64,000 nucleotides of DNA, from the NCBI GenBank assembly GCA_937625935.1, contig OW569392.1, positions 1 through 64,000 of the forward strand. The letters run 5' to 3'. The DNA is from Tetramitus jugosus (taxonomy: Eukaryota; Protista; Heterolobosea). Positions 55,441 through 64,000 of this stretch are shown here, piece after piece. Position numbers and translations under genes: made by a program. The stretch's first letter is position 1, and each line of letters opens with the position of its first letter. The notes beneath the pieces are model-generated. The model had not been told where the DNA came from and did no database searches. It saw only the letters and a list, made by a program, of their open reading frames with translations.

Positions 55441-56397
55441 ATGCAAACGACACTCCCTGATGAGCTCTATGAACTAATCATGTCATTTTGTGATTTGAGA
55501 GATGTAGTTCGTTCGACTCTTGTCTGCCAACAGTTCCATGACTTGATTTTTCAGTCAATTGACATTTGGCACTATCAATTGTTGAACAATAGGTACAAAT
55601 CGTATTTGATGTTACCTCAAAGCATCTATTCTTCATGTCCACATTCCTCTTCATCAATGGTCCATTGTCTTTCGGCATTGGACTATATGAATGAAGTGAA
55701 AAAGGAGTATCATGATTATCTTAAGAAATCTTCGGTGGGAAGAAGATTAGAAAAGACTTACGATACTTGTTCGTTTCAATTTGTAAAAAATCAAAAAATG
55801 ACATCTGTGTTTAGTAGTCCTATGGATCCACTTACTTCTGGCAATGTCTATGTGCTTGATTTTGTTGTACAGAGTGAGGTATTGTCAGATACTTGCATCG
55901 GGATAGAACCTTCTTGTTTGTATAGTGATGATGTTGTATGTGTAGGTGACAATGGTGTTGCACTTGATTTGTTAGATAATGTCATTGTTCATCATCTTTC
56001 TAGTGGTCAAGTACTCGAAGATAAAAAGTGGCACTTGAATGATATTGTCACAATGAAAGTGGACATGACTGATGCTTCAAAAAATGGGACACTTGTTCAA
56101 TTTTACAGAAATTATAAAACAACTGGACAAACAGTCAAAAAGGTGATTGGTGATAGCTTCCATGTTGTTGTGAGTGTAAGAGATCACACATTTACATTTA
56201 ATGTTAAACCATGCTCGGAAATTACTCCAGATAGAATACTTGATGCATCAACTACTACCGTCGGTCAAACTAGAGACATTGATACTACAGAAGTGAAATT
56301 AGTCAGTGAACATGCCAACGTGTCTCATTCTAAAGCAAGAAGTGCTCTTCTCAAAGCTAATGGTGATATTGTTACAGCAATTTTGGATCTTACTTGA
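55441..56397 (+). CDS. F-box + SPRY-like + C-terminal NAC-type UBA protein
   Basis: LPDELYELIMSFCDLRDVVRSTLVCQQF; DIVTMKVDM..VQFYRN; VKLVSEHANVSHSKARSALLKANGDIVTAILDLT. Confidence 0.8.
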   Translation: MQTTLPDELYELIMSFCDLRDVVRSTLVCQQFHDLIFQSIDIWHYQLLNNRYKSYLMLPQSIYSSCPHSSSSMVHCLSALDYMNEVKKEYHDYLKKSSVGRRLEKTYDTCSFQFVKNQKMTSVFSSPMDPLTSGNVYVLDFVVQSEVLSDTCIGIEPSCLYSDDVVCVGDNGVALDLLDNVIVHHLSSGQVLEDKKWHLNDIVTMKVDMTDASKNGTLVQFYRNYKTTGQTVKKVIGDSFHVVVSVRDHTFTFNVKPCSEITPDRILDASTTTVGQTRDIDTTEVKLVSEHANVSHSKARSALLKANGDIVTAILDLT

Positions 56398-56843
56398 TTA
56401 TTGAATTATATACAACTCTCATCCTCATCACCGTTGTCGAGATTGATTGTCATACATATCAAAAAGCTCCTACTCCTTCTTTGGTCAATCATAACGGAAC
56501 TGGAGTCTCAGCATTGGTACCTTCAGAAGCAGTGCTTTTCCAATTCCCCAAGCGTTACTTTCAAATCTGGACCTGATAGGCTACCATCGAGGAGATTATA
56601 AGCTGCCATACCAAGCTGATTTAATATTTTGAAATATCAGTTCCACTGTCCGTCCTTCGTTAATCGATCAGATTGTAATATCGGAGGCTCGTCATTACCT
56701 TGATAAAATATGTTGTTACATGAAAAGCCATGTGTTGGGCAAAAAATGAACACAGTCTGGCTTCACTATCCAACATTAGCTACACTTCTTTATTGGAGTT
56801 TAATCCCTATCTCCACAATAGCTCCATGACAAATTACAAATGA

Positions 56844-58763
56844 TTACTTGTACTCTTCTTCTTGCTTCTGTGTGAGAGCACGATACAATTTGTGGGTTAC
56901 AATGTCGTCCAACGATCTGACTAAGACTTCATTATCGTCCAACGTTCGAAGCGCCACTCGAGTTTGTTCGTCCTCTTCGAAGAGACGACTGATTATCTTA
57001 AGAAGATCCTGTAAAGTTTGAACACTAGAGCCTACGCTCACTTGGATCGAGCCCTTATTCTGCTCATATTTTCTAACCAAAAACACATTGAAAGCATTGC
57101 CCTCCATTTTTCTCCTCTTCTTTGAGGGTTCGTTAGTGGACGAAAAGTCAGGGAGAGGCAGCTCGATAGTTTGTGTATGTGGACCTGCAGATACAATCTG
57201 GATATGATTGAAGAATCTATTATGGTAGACATACACAGTCTTTACGGTCTCAGACTCTGGGAAGTAATATGGGATGTGTTGCTTTTCTTCTCCGTTTGGA
57301 ACAGTTGTCCAGTTGATGACCCATGTTTGAGTTGCGTTCAGTCCTTTGTGGTAAAGCTCGGCTTGTTTCTTCACATGATGTTCGACACTCATTCTATCAT
57401 GGCTTTTTGGCTCAGTCTTCAGGTTTGCTCCATGTTCTATAGCTATCCGTTCTCCTCTCAAGTTCAATAACATGTCGCAAGACTTGTTTTCCACAGGGTA
57501 TTCCGGTTGCAGTTCAACAATGTACCCTGATAAAAGCAGTTCTAATGCTCTCTTAAAATTCAATACATATACTATCTCTTTTGGACCCAAATCCGGAGGC
57601 GTTGAAGAACAATAGGCAGATTTCTTTTTTGGCTGACCTGCGATATCCATCTGATTCATATATGGAATAGCATCGAATATGACTTGTAACATGTCTACCT
57701 GGTTGCCAGCGACAGGAACTTCATACTCTTTTGGGGGCGGCACCGAATAGAGTGTATTCGCTAACAGTGAACGAACAAAAGGACTGGCAAATTCTCCGTT
57801 TTCTAGCAATGCATTCGAATTAATTAGAATAGGACTTTTGAAAACAGTACCGAAGTAGTACTTTTGCATCAATTGTTTCTTGCTCTCTTCATCTTCTTGG
57901 ATCATACGTATCATTCTACTATAATTAATATAGGATTTAATTCGTTCCATGAATCGAACCGAGTATATGTAATTGATCCATGTTGGGTAGTCTGGTACTT
58001 TGTTTTTTTCTTCTCTCAATGCATCGAAATTGGCTGCGTACATAACAGTTAATCCTTGTGCACCGGCTGTATTCTTGTAGATTTCCTTCTTGATGTCCTC
58101 TTCAATCTTAATCTGTTCTTGATCTTCATATTGTCCCAACAATTCATTGACTTCCTCTTGTGTAAAGTATGGAGCACTCAGACCGTAAGTAACATTATAA
58201 GGAGAGTTTCCAATCGTTTGCTCTATAAAACTCCCTAAATGATTTGTTACGACCAATACAGAGAGAAGGGAGGTAGAACTTCTATCTTGCTTAAAAATTC
58301 GCAACGCAGTCAAGAATAAAGCAACCTCGTCTTGTTGAGCTACTTTTTCTAGCACATCAAATTCATCCATGATCAGGATCACCTTTTTGTTATCGAACCA
58401 ATGGGCATCAACAGCAAAAACAGACTCCCAATTGTCAGCTTGAATTTCGACAATCTTGTTAGTGGTTCGAAGTATGGCTTGCTTAAGAGCCATAATAAAG
58501 CTCTTTAGAAAGTTAGTTTTTTCGAGAAGCAAAAGTATACGAGATGTATCAATATAGAGGGCCAAAATGTTGTCATCAACTCGATTGAGTTGTTGAAGCA
58601 GAGTGGATACGCGCGTTGTCTTTCCCGTTTGACTAGGAGCTATTAGCGAGGCATATGTGCCTTTTTGTAGCACAGGTATCAAATTCTTCTCGTTCCATTG
58701 TTCAGGACTCACAAAGAAATGGTTTCTTGTATCAACCTGCCCATTAGCACAAAATGTCTTCAT
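56844..58763 (-). CDS. Crinkler-type P-loop NTPase + PD-(D/E)xK-like nuclease protein with a small C-terminal domain
   Basis: APSQTGKTT Walker A; ILIMDEFD Walker B; E..Y..PEYP..SCDMLL..IAIE..QAELY..WVINWT..VYVYHN nuclease-like region. Confidence 0.75.
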   Translation of the reverse strand: MKTFCANGQVDTRNHFFVSPEQWNEKNLIPVLQKGTYASLIAPSQTGKTTRVSTLLQQLNRVDDNILALYIDTSRILLLLEKTNFLKSFIMALKQAILRTTNKIVEIQADNWESVFAVDAHWFDNKKVILIMDEFDVLEKVAQQDEVALFLTALRIFKQDRSSTSLLSVLVVTNHLGSFIEQTIGNSPYNVTYGLSAPYFTQEEVNELLGQYEDQEQIKIEEDIKKEIYKNTAGAQGLTVMYAANFDALREEKNKVPDYPTWINYIYSVRFMERIKSYINYSRMIRMIQEDEESKKQLMQKYYFGTVFKSPILINSNALLENGEFASPFVRSLLANTLYSVPPPKEYEVPVAGNQVDMLQVIFDAIPYMNQMDIAGQPKKKSAYCSSTPPDLGPKEIVYVLNFKRALELLLSGYIVELQPEYPVENKSCDMLLNLRGERIAIEHGANLKTEPKSHDRMSVEHHVKKQAELYHKGLNATQTWVINWTTVPNGEEKQHIPYYFPESETVKTVYVYHNRFFNHIQIVSAGPHTQTIELPLPDFSSTNEPSKKRRKMEGNAFNVFLVRKYEQNKGSIQVSVGSSVQTLQDLLKIISRLFEEDEQTRVALRTLDDNEVLVRSLDDIVTHKLYRALTQKQEEEYK

Positions 58764-58886
58764 CCTTTTCTCTTTTTTTCCCTTGTGTGCAAAAGAATTG
58801 AAAAAGACTGAAACTTGTTTTTTGTGCAACAAAATTTTGGTTACTTTTTTATGCATTTCACATATTTTTTTATCTTTGAACCCTAA

Positions 58887-59470
58887 AGCAATTTTCCAAA
58901 AAGTGTGACGTTTTTTGAGCGTCAAAAAAACAGAAATAAACGTTCCAAAAAGTTGTAAATCACCGTTAAATCAGGTTTTGCTCCAATTTCCAGTTGAATT
59001 TCCAGAAGATTAAATTTGACTTGCCTTGTTTCCAACTGTTGAAGAAAGGAATTGAGTACATTCCTCTTGTTGCTCACGCTATCGAAGATGAAATCTTCTA
59101 ATTTGACCTTGTCCACGTTGATTTTTGTTTTAGGAGTAAACACAGATGGATCCCTACATATCACTTCTCTTCTGGAACCTGATAGTCACTCTTCCTCATC
59201 AGATGAAGTGGATTGGTCATCAAAATCGAGCTTCTGGTGCAACAGATTCGAAGCTTTCCTCTTTTCGTGCTGCACCTCAAGTCTAATTGCATTCAACTCA
59301 GACATGAACAATAGCATAAGTGCAGGTGATATCAATCCATTCTCCCTCCACTGCAAACGTCTTTGGGCTGATGAACAGTATCTTTCCCATCCTTTATCTA
59401 CAAATAAACGCTCAAAAACGCAAAAAAACACAAACCAGAAAAAAAACGTCACACTTTTTGGAAAATTGCT
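58887..59470. mobile_element. 584-bp MITE / non-autonomous DNA transposon with perfect 30-bp TIRs
   Basis: AGCAATTTTCCAAAAAGTGTGACGTTTTTT (58887-58916) is the exact reverse complement of 59441-59470; homologous fragments elsewhere in the window; TSD ambiguous. Confidence 0.88.
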
Positions 59471-59624
59471 CTATGGATGACACCAAAGATACGAAAAGGC
59501 TGCAAGGAAGTGGGTTCTTGATAATGATGGAAATTGGGGCGGCCCGAGAATATTTACTTAGTACTGGATCTGAAAAAGGTTGCAATTTTTCCTTTATGGT
59601 TGAGCTGTTTATCAGCGCAGATGA

Positions 59625-60431
59625 TCATAGTCCCTCAGAAAGTCTTGTGTTGGACTTCATTCCAGAAGAAAAGAGAGTCCCACGGAAGAACCAAAGGGTC
59701 ATTAGGACGGATGACCATAGTACTACCCTTGAGAGAAGCCTCCTCACTCTGGAGGGATTATGAGGTTGAATCTCGCGTCTTCCCAGAGGTGAAACGTGTC
59801 CTCGGTGTTGTTGCTGTCCTGAGGGATTGTTGTTCGTCCAGTTTCGTCCCGGTGGCAGAAATACTCTCGATTGAAAATTTGTGCTCTGATCGAGGAGAAC
59901 TGGAGTTGCTGTAGAGTGTTCTTTGATGAGCCCCAATACTTCTCGAATGGAATTCGTTCGGAGAGGACAGTACTGGTATTCCATGAAGCCTCCCTCAGCG
60001 AAGCAAACTAATTTGATATCATTTGCTTTCATACCCACTTCTTCATACACATGAGTATTTTCGCTCAGCCATGTACCCTCTGGAAGGTAATTCTCTCCTC
60101 GAGTCAACAGAATCACAACAGGCGCTCTACGCATGAACAATTCATTCACAAAGAAATGAAAACTCTCTGCATGATACCTCTTAATGCTCGTGGCGAGCAT
60201 GACAAACACAATCAGATGATAATGGTCATTCGATTGACTCAGTTCTGAATGGATGGCTATCTTTCTGGGGAGAACATCTTGTGCCTTGTAGGGAGGGAAG
60301 ACCTGTGACTCAACAAATTCATACTCATCTTTCAATAAAGGTTGCAAGTACTTGATCACTGTAGATTTTCCCTCGTGTACATAGCCGCATACAAGGATTT
60401 TCTTCTTTTGTGTGTTGGTGTGTGCTTGCAT
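59625..60431 (-). CDS. Degenerate AIG1/septin-like GTPase paralog (G1 present, G3 DxxG lost)
   Basis: KILVCGYVHEGKST; EYEFVESQ in place of EFWDTPG; C-terminal extent uncertain. Confidence 0.7.
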   Translation of the reverse strand: MQAHTNTQKKKILVCGYVHEGKSTVIKYLQPLLKDEYEFVESQVFPPYKAQDVLPRKIAIHSELSQSNDHYHLIVFVMLATSIKRYHAESFHFFVNELFMRRAPVVILLTRGENYLPEGTWLSENTHVYEEVGMKANDIKLVCFAEGGFMEYQYCPLRTNSIREVLGLIKEHSTATPVLLDQSTNFQSRVFLPPGRNWTNNNPSGQQQHRGHVSPLGRREIQPHNPSRVRRLLSRVVLWSSVLMTLWFFRGTLFSSGMKSNTRLSEGL

Positions 60432-60666
60432 TATTGTAGTGTTATTTCTTTGGTGTAGTCCCAACCTGGAAAATCCAATTTTTTCCAGATTTTATCCAAG
60501 TAGCAAGGATTACAATTATTGTAAAAAATGACAGGCTGACGAGACTCCGTCCAAGTTCATAGTGACGTGGCTAGCCTTCAGTTCCTTTTAAAAACAGCAC
60601 CAACCGCCAAAGAAAACAACTTTCCCAAACACTCGATACACACCCACAAACATCCATACATACACA

Positions 60667-61562
60667 ATGGTACTTCCTTTACTGGTTGTTGGCGCAGTAG
60701 CATATTGGGGATATGGAAAAGTTGTAAGTAAACTCGAATTGTTTTTGTTAGATCCAACCATTCAACCAAATCTTCATTACAGAAAAAACTTGTTGCTCCC
60801 AAGAGAATCTTGGTATTCGGATTTTCACACAGCGGTAAGACCAGTCTTGTCAATGCTTTGACTAGTTCTAGCCATCCAGTGTCCACTGGACCTCGAGGTT
60901 CAACGATAGAAAACACCAAAACGACCATTAACCGATTCAATGATGACTATGAATTTTGGGACACTCCTGGATTGAATGACTTTGCATCAGAACAACTCTC
61001 TGAAGGAAAAGCATTAGAGTCCCTCGTTGATCTTATGAGAAAAACATCTGAAGGACTGAATCTATTGATACTCGTTGTAAAAAGATCAGAACTATTCCAG
61101 AAGAACACTAAAACGTACTATGACTTGGTAGTTAAGCGTTTGACTGATCATAAGATACCTATTATCCTAGTTGTTACAAACTGTGAAGAAGAAATCGGCA
61201 CCCACTTAAATTATGGGGATGCTGCTACGAAAATGTTTTCTGCTGTCAATGGAGAGGTACTAGAATCTGGAATGACATTCAAAGATCATCTTGGATGTAC
61301 GTTTGGTGCAAAGGTGCCTCAACAAATCAAAAATCTATGTGCAAGTGAGGTGTGGAAACTCATACGACTTCATACCCTCCCCATATCAGAGAAATACTAT
61401 GAAAACTCATTTTTGAGTGTCCCTGCTTTGACAAAGACATTTGAACGAATGTTCTTCAGCCCAACAGACTCCCACCAAGCCGCCAAAGCTATTATAGAGG
61501 ATGGAGTATTTAGTTCAAAGTCTTCTCAAGGATCATTCTCTAATCAATATTTTGGATTGTAG
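60667..61562 (+). CDS. AIG1/MMR_HSR1-like GTPase with N-terminal hydrophobic anchor; predicted 59-nt intron 60724-60782
   Basis: GTAAGT...TTACAG removal joins MVLPLLVVGAVAYWGYGKV in frame to KKLVAPKRILVFGFSHSGKTS; FWDTPG; ILVVTNCE. Confidence 0.82.
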
Positions 61563-61728
61563 TGTAGACTACTGCCGAATTCACCTTGCATCTCTGACCT
61601 AATGCCAACAAAGTTGAGATTTTGAATATCCATAGTAAAATTCAATAGTTCAATGCCGAAAGCTGACAGTAATTTATCATACGAGATATCCACTGTTCCA
61701 ACTTGTGTCATGAGAAAGAATTTGGACT

Positions 61729-62796
61729 TTATAATTGTGAGTTAAACTGAGCCATATGATGAATTGGTGCAGAAGGTGTCATCAAACTTTGATGATACGG
61801 ATCAGAAAGTAGTGTTGTTGATTCATAATCGCTCAAAGTCACTTCGTTACCTGTGGAGTTACCATAACTTAGCGCATAGCAAAGCAGGAATACAACCGTA
61901 AGAGTTATCATTACTGCGGTATCGATCCATGTGACAACCAAATACTCATTGCTCTCCAACTTTGAACGAACAAGCACCATCACAAAGGACTGAATCCATT
62001 CTCTCATGAGCTCAAGGATAAATACACATGTTAATACCAAGTACACAACTGCATTCAAGTAAGCATTCCTTTTGACATGGTTTCCTGTTTCTCCTCTTTG
62101 CATATCTGAATAAACCACCGTATTTCCATATGATCCAGGTTTTGTGACAATAATTGTTCGAATCGTAAGGACCAGAGTAGAAATGAATAGTGTAATCAAG
62201 ACAACTTGAATCAATCCGTACCACCTCAGAGCTGCAACCACTCTGAGCACTATCAATACCGTGCCCGAAACCTTAGCATCAACAATTGATAGAATGATTT
62301 GGACGATTGGCAGAATCGAAACAGTAGCCATAAACAACACTGCACACAGCACTACTAATCCCTTGAATCCAGTCCATGACTTGATCTTCTCTTCACTTAA
62401 ATGAGTACCAGGCAACACATTTAAATCCATTCTCTGTGCATTTCGAGCAGAGAAGTAAAAGATCAAAAACGGATAGATAAACAGGTGCTCAACTGAAGCT
62501 ACACGAGTAATCTCTTGTGCCGTTAGGAGCAACATATTTACAAGCTTACTTCTCCAGATGACATCGTACCAAATGATCCTGGCCGAGAGTACGCCACTAC
62601 TGATTGACATCAGGAAGCTTGACGTGAACAGAGTCACAGCAAACAACAGGGCAAAGAGTGGGTCCAAACCTTGAGAGCTTTTTGCACTTTTTTGGAGATA
62701 TTTCACAAGAGCAACAATAAGTAGTATGAAGGCGATCAGACTAGTGACGGATGTGAGCGATGAGCTCACATGTTGAATAATTGCCAATCGATGCAT
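61729..62796 (-). CDS. Multi-pass (~7 TM) membrane protein, GPCR-like
   Basis: About seven hydrophobic segments and a polar C-tail. Confidence 0.7.
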   Translation of the reverse strand: MHRLAIIQHVSSSLTSVTSLIAFILLIVALVKYLQKSAKSSQGLDPLFALLFAVTLFTSSFLMSISSGVLSARIIWYDVIWRSKLVNMLLLTAQEITRVASVEHLFIYPFLIFYFSARNAQRMDLNVLPGTHLSEEKIKSWTGFKGLVVLCAVLFMATVSILPIVQIILSIVDAKVSGTVLIVLRVVAALRWYGLIQVVLITLFISTLVLTIRTIIVTKPGSYGNTVVYSDMQRGETGNHVKRNAYLNAVVYLVLTCVFILELMREWIQSFVMVLVRSKLESNEYLVVTWIDTAVMITLTVVFLLCYALSYGNSTGNEVTLSDYESTTLLSDPYHQSLMTPSAPIHHMAQFNSQL

Positions 62797-63056
62797 GGTG
62801 GGTGTTTCCTCTGAATTTTTTTTGGGTCCATGTTCGCTTATCAAGGGTTCTGCATGAAGTGGTGAATTGGAACATGTGTTTTTTTTGCTGGAAGGGTCGA
62901 TCAGAAATCGAGCAGCCGCTTACAACGAGGATAGCAGTAGTTGTTTCAAACTCTGTACCAGAAGAAAAGATCTTGAATACACTCAGAACGTGTTCTGAGT
63001 TATTTCTGCGTTTCTTCTTTTTCTCCGAACAACTACGGTTGACACTCACACAAACG

Positions 63057-63905
63057 ATGTTAAGAACACCAAGAATTGTTGTGATTCCCCTCAATAATTT
63101 TGAAACTATGGTCAATGGGCAGTCCAAATCTGATTTGACTCCAGTGAACATTCCATTTGTACAGTATCCTCTTCAACACGATCTATTACCCTCAAACGAT
63201 GGATCAAAGAAGAAAGAACTTGAAGTTTGCTATACTTTCCATTTTCCGGTCAAGGAGGTTCCTCCTGATTTGCTTGGAGAAAGATGGGCTGTAGACGACA
63301 CTCGAACAGTTCGAGATACCTATTTTGATGTCGATGCAGAACACTCTTTGTTTGAGCAAGGGGTATGGGTAAAGAAGAGAGAGTTCGAAGATGGAGATGG
63401 GAATTGGGGTCAAACTGTTTGGATCATTAGCAGAACCTATTGTGTCAAGGAAAAAGAGTTGGCACTTTCTGAGGAGATTATGGATACAGAGCAAGAAAGA
63501 GATGACTATCTTCGTGCTTTTGGTGTCTCGATGGAAGAACTGGACCTGAAATTCACATTTACTGTTTATTTCGATGTGTACAAAAACAAGTCTGACAAAA
63601 GTGTTGAATGCATGATTGCTGATGCTGTGATGCCAGACGGGACAATCAAGAGTTATGGTCAATTAAAGAGTGCTAAGCTTGATGACATTAAGGAATGGAA
63701 TGGTAAATTATCATCTGGACTTGGTCCAATCATAGAATACATCAGCAGGGAAAGATTTGGTGTGGATCGCAAGGAAGAGCAACCAGAAAACTCTGAAGAT
63801 GAGAATAAGCCACGCTTCTTCTTGGATGGAGCCTTTGACGACGGAATAACGGATGAGGAATGTGTAGACTTTTGGTTAAGGAAGAGAAATGCAGAGGTCA
63901 ACTAG
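63057..63905 (+). CDS. CYTH/triphosphate-tunnel-like protein (divergent)
   Basis: ELEVCYTF; VRDTYFD..SLFEQGVWVKKRE resembles the CYTH D.Y.D...L...WLR.R motif. Confidence 0.55.
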   Translation: MLRTPRIVVIPLNNFETMVNGQSKSDLTPVNIPFVQYPLQHDLLPSNDGSKKKELEVCYTFHFPVKEVPPDLLGERWAVDDTRTVRDTYFDVDAEHSLFEQGVWVKKREFEDGDGNWGQTVWIISRTYCVKEKELALSEEIMDTEQERDDYLRAFGVSMEELDLKFTFTVYFDVYKNKSDKSVECMIADAVMPDGTIKSYGQLKSAKLDDIKEWNGKLSSGLGPIIEYISRERFGVDRKEEQPENSEDENKPRFFLDGAFDDGITDEECVDFWLRKRNAEVN

Positions 63906-64000
63906 GATAGTCCAACAGTTTTTGTACTTGATGTCAGGACTTGACACTGAAGATTGAGACCGTAGTAACATTCACCAACGAGTCGGGCCAAAGTCCTCGA

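Noticed and set aside
58764-58925. N-terminal extension of the 693-aa ORF (MTLKKRHTFWK...)
   Set aside because: Starts at a TTG inside the MITE; real start is more likely the ATG at 58763

Overview
Left end of a eukaryotic chromosome, read in the standard genetic code and very intron-poor. Gene families such as the ankyrin-sensor-cyclase, RCC1-EGF-TKL kinase and ependymin-related protein suggest a free-living protist, possibly a heterolobosean amoeba (inference). Bases 1-748 are a perfect (CCCAAA)n / (TTTGGG)n telomere. About 0.75-21 kb is a subtelomeric patchwork. It contains short same-polarity interstitial telomere tracts and a duplicated ~87-bp block carrying a tRNAiMet primer-binding-site motif. 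It also holds an intact RT-less retroviral-type (Ginger-like) integrase, a second integrase paralog with its core deleted, En/Spm- and MULE-like transposase remnants, degenerate ~0.8-1 kb tandem repeats and pseudogenes. From ~21.9 kb the window is dense with mostly intact genes. These include a Gly-rich giant protein, two membrane-anchored methyltransferases, F-box proteins, a probably dead receptor cyclase, two SDRs, an RCC1-EGF receptor kinase, EPDR, PaiB, an SLC43-like MFS transporter, a 7TM protein and a CYTH-like protein. A MITE with perfect 30-bp TIRs is also present. The most notable items are a bacterial Panacea (DUF4065) antitoxin domain fused to TPR/Sel1 repeats and a cluster of conflict/immune-type genes. 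That cluster comprises a signal-peptide IFI44-like NTPase, a Crinkler-type NTPase-nuclease, a head-to-head intact/degenerate GTPase pair and two TM-helical paralogs. All domain calls are by-eye motif recognition; no searches were run.
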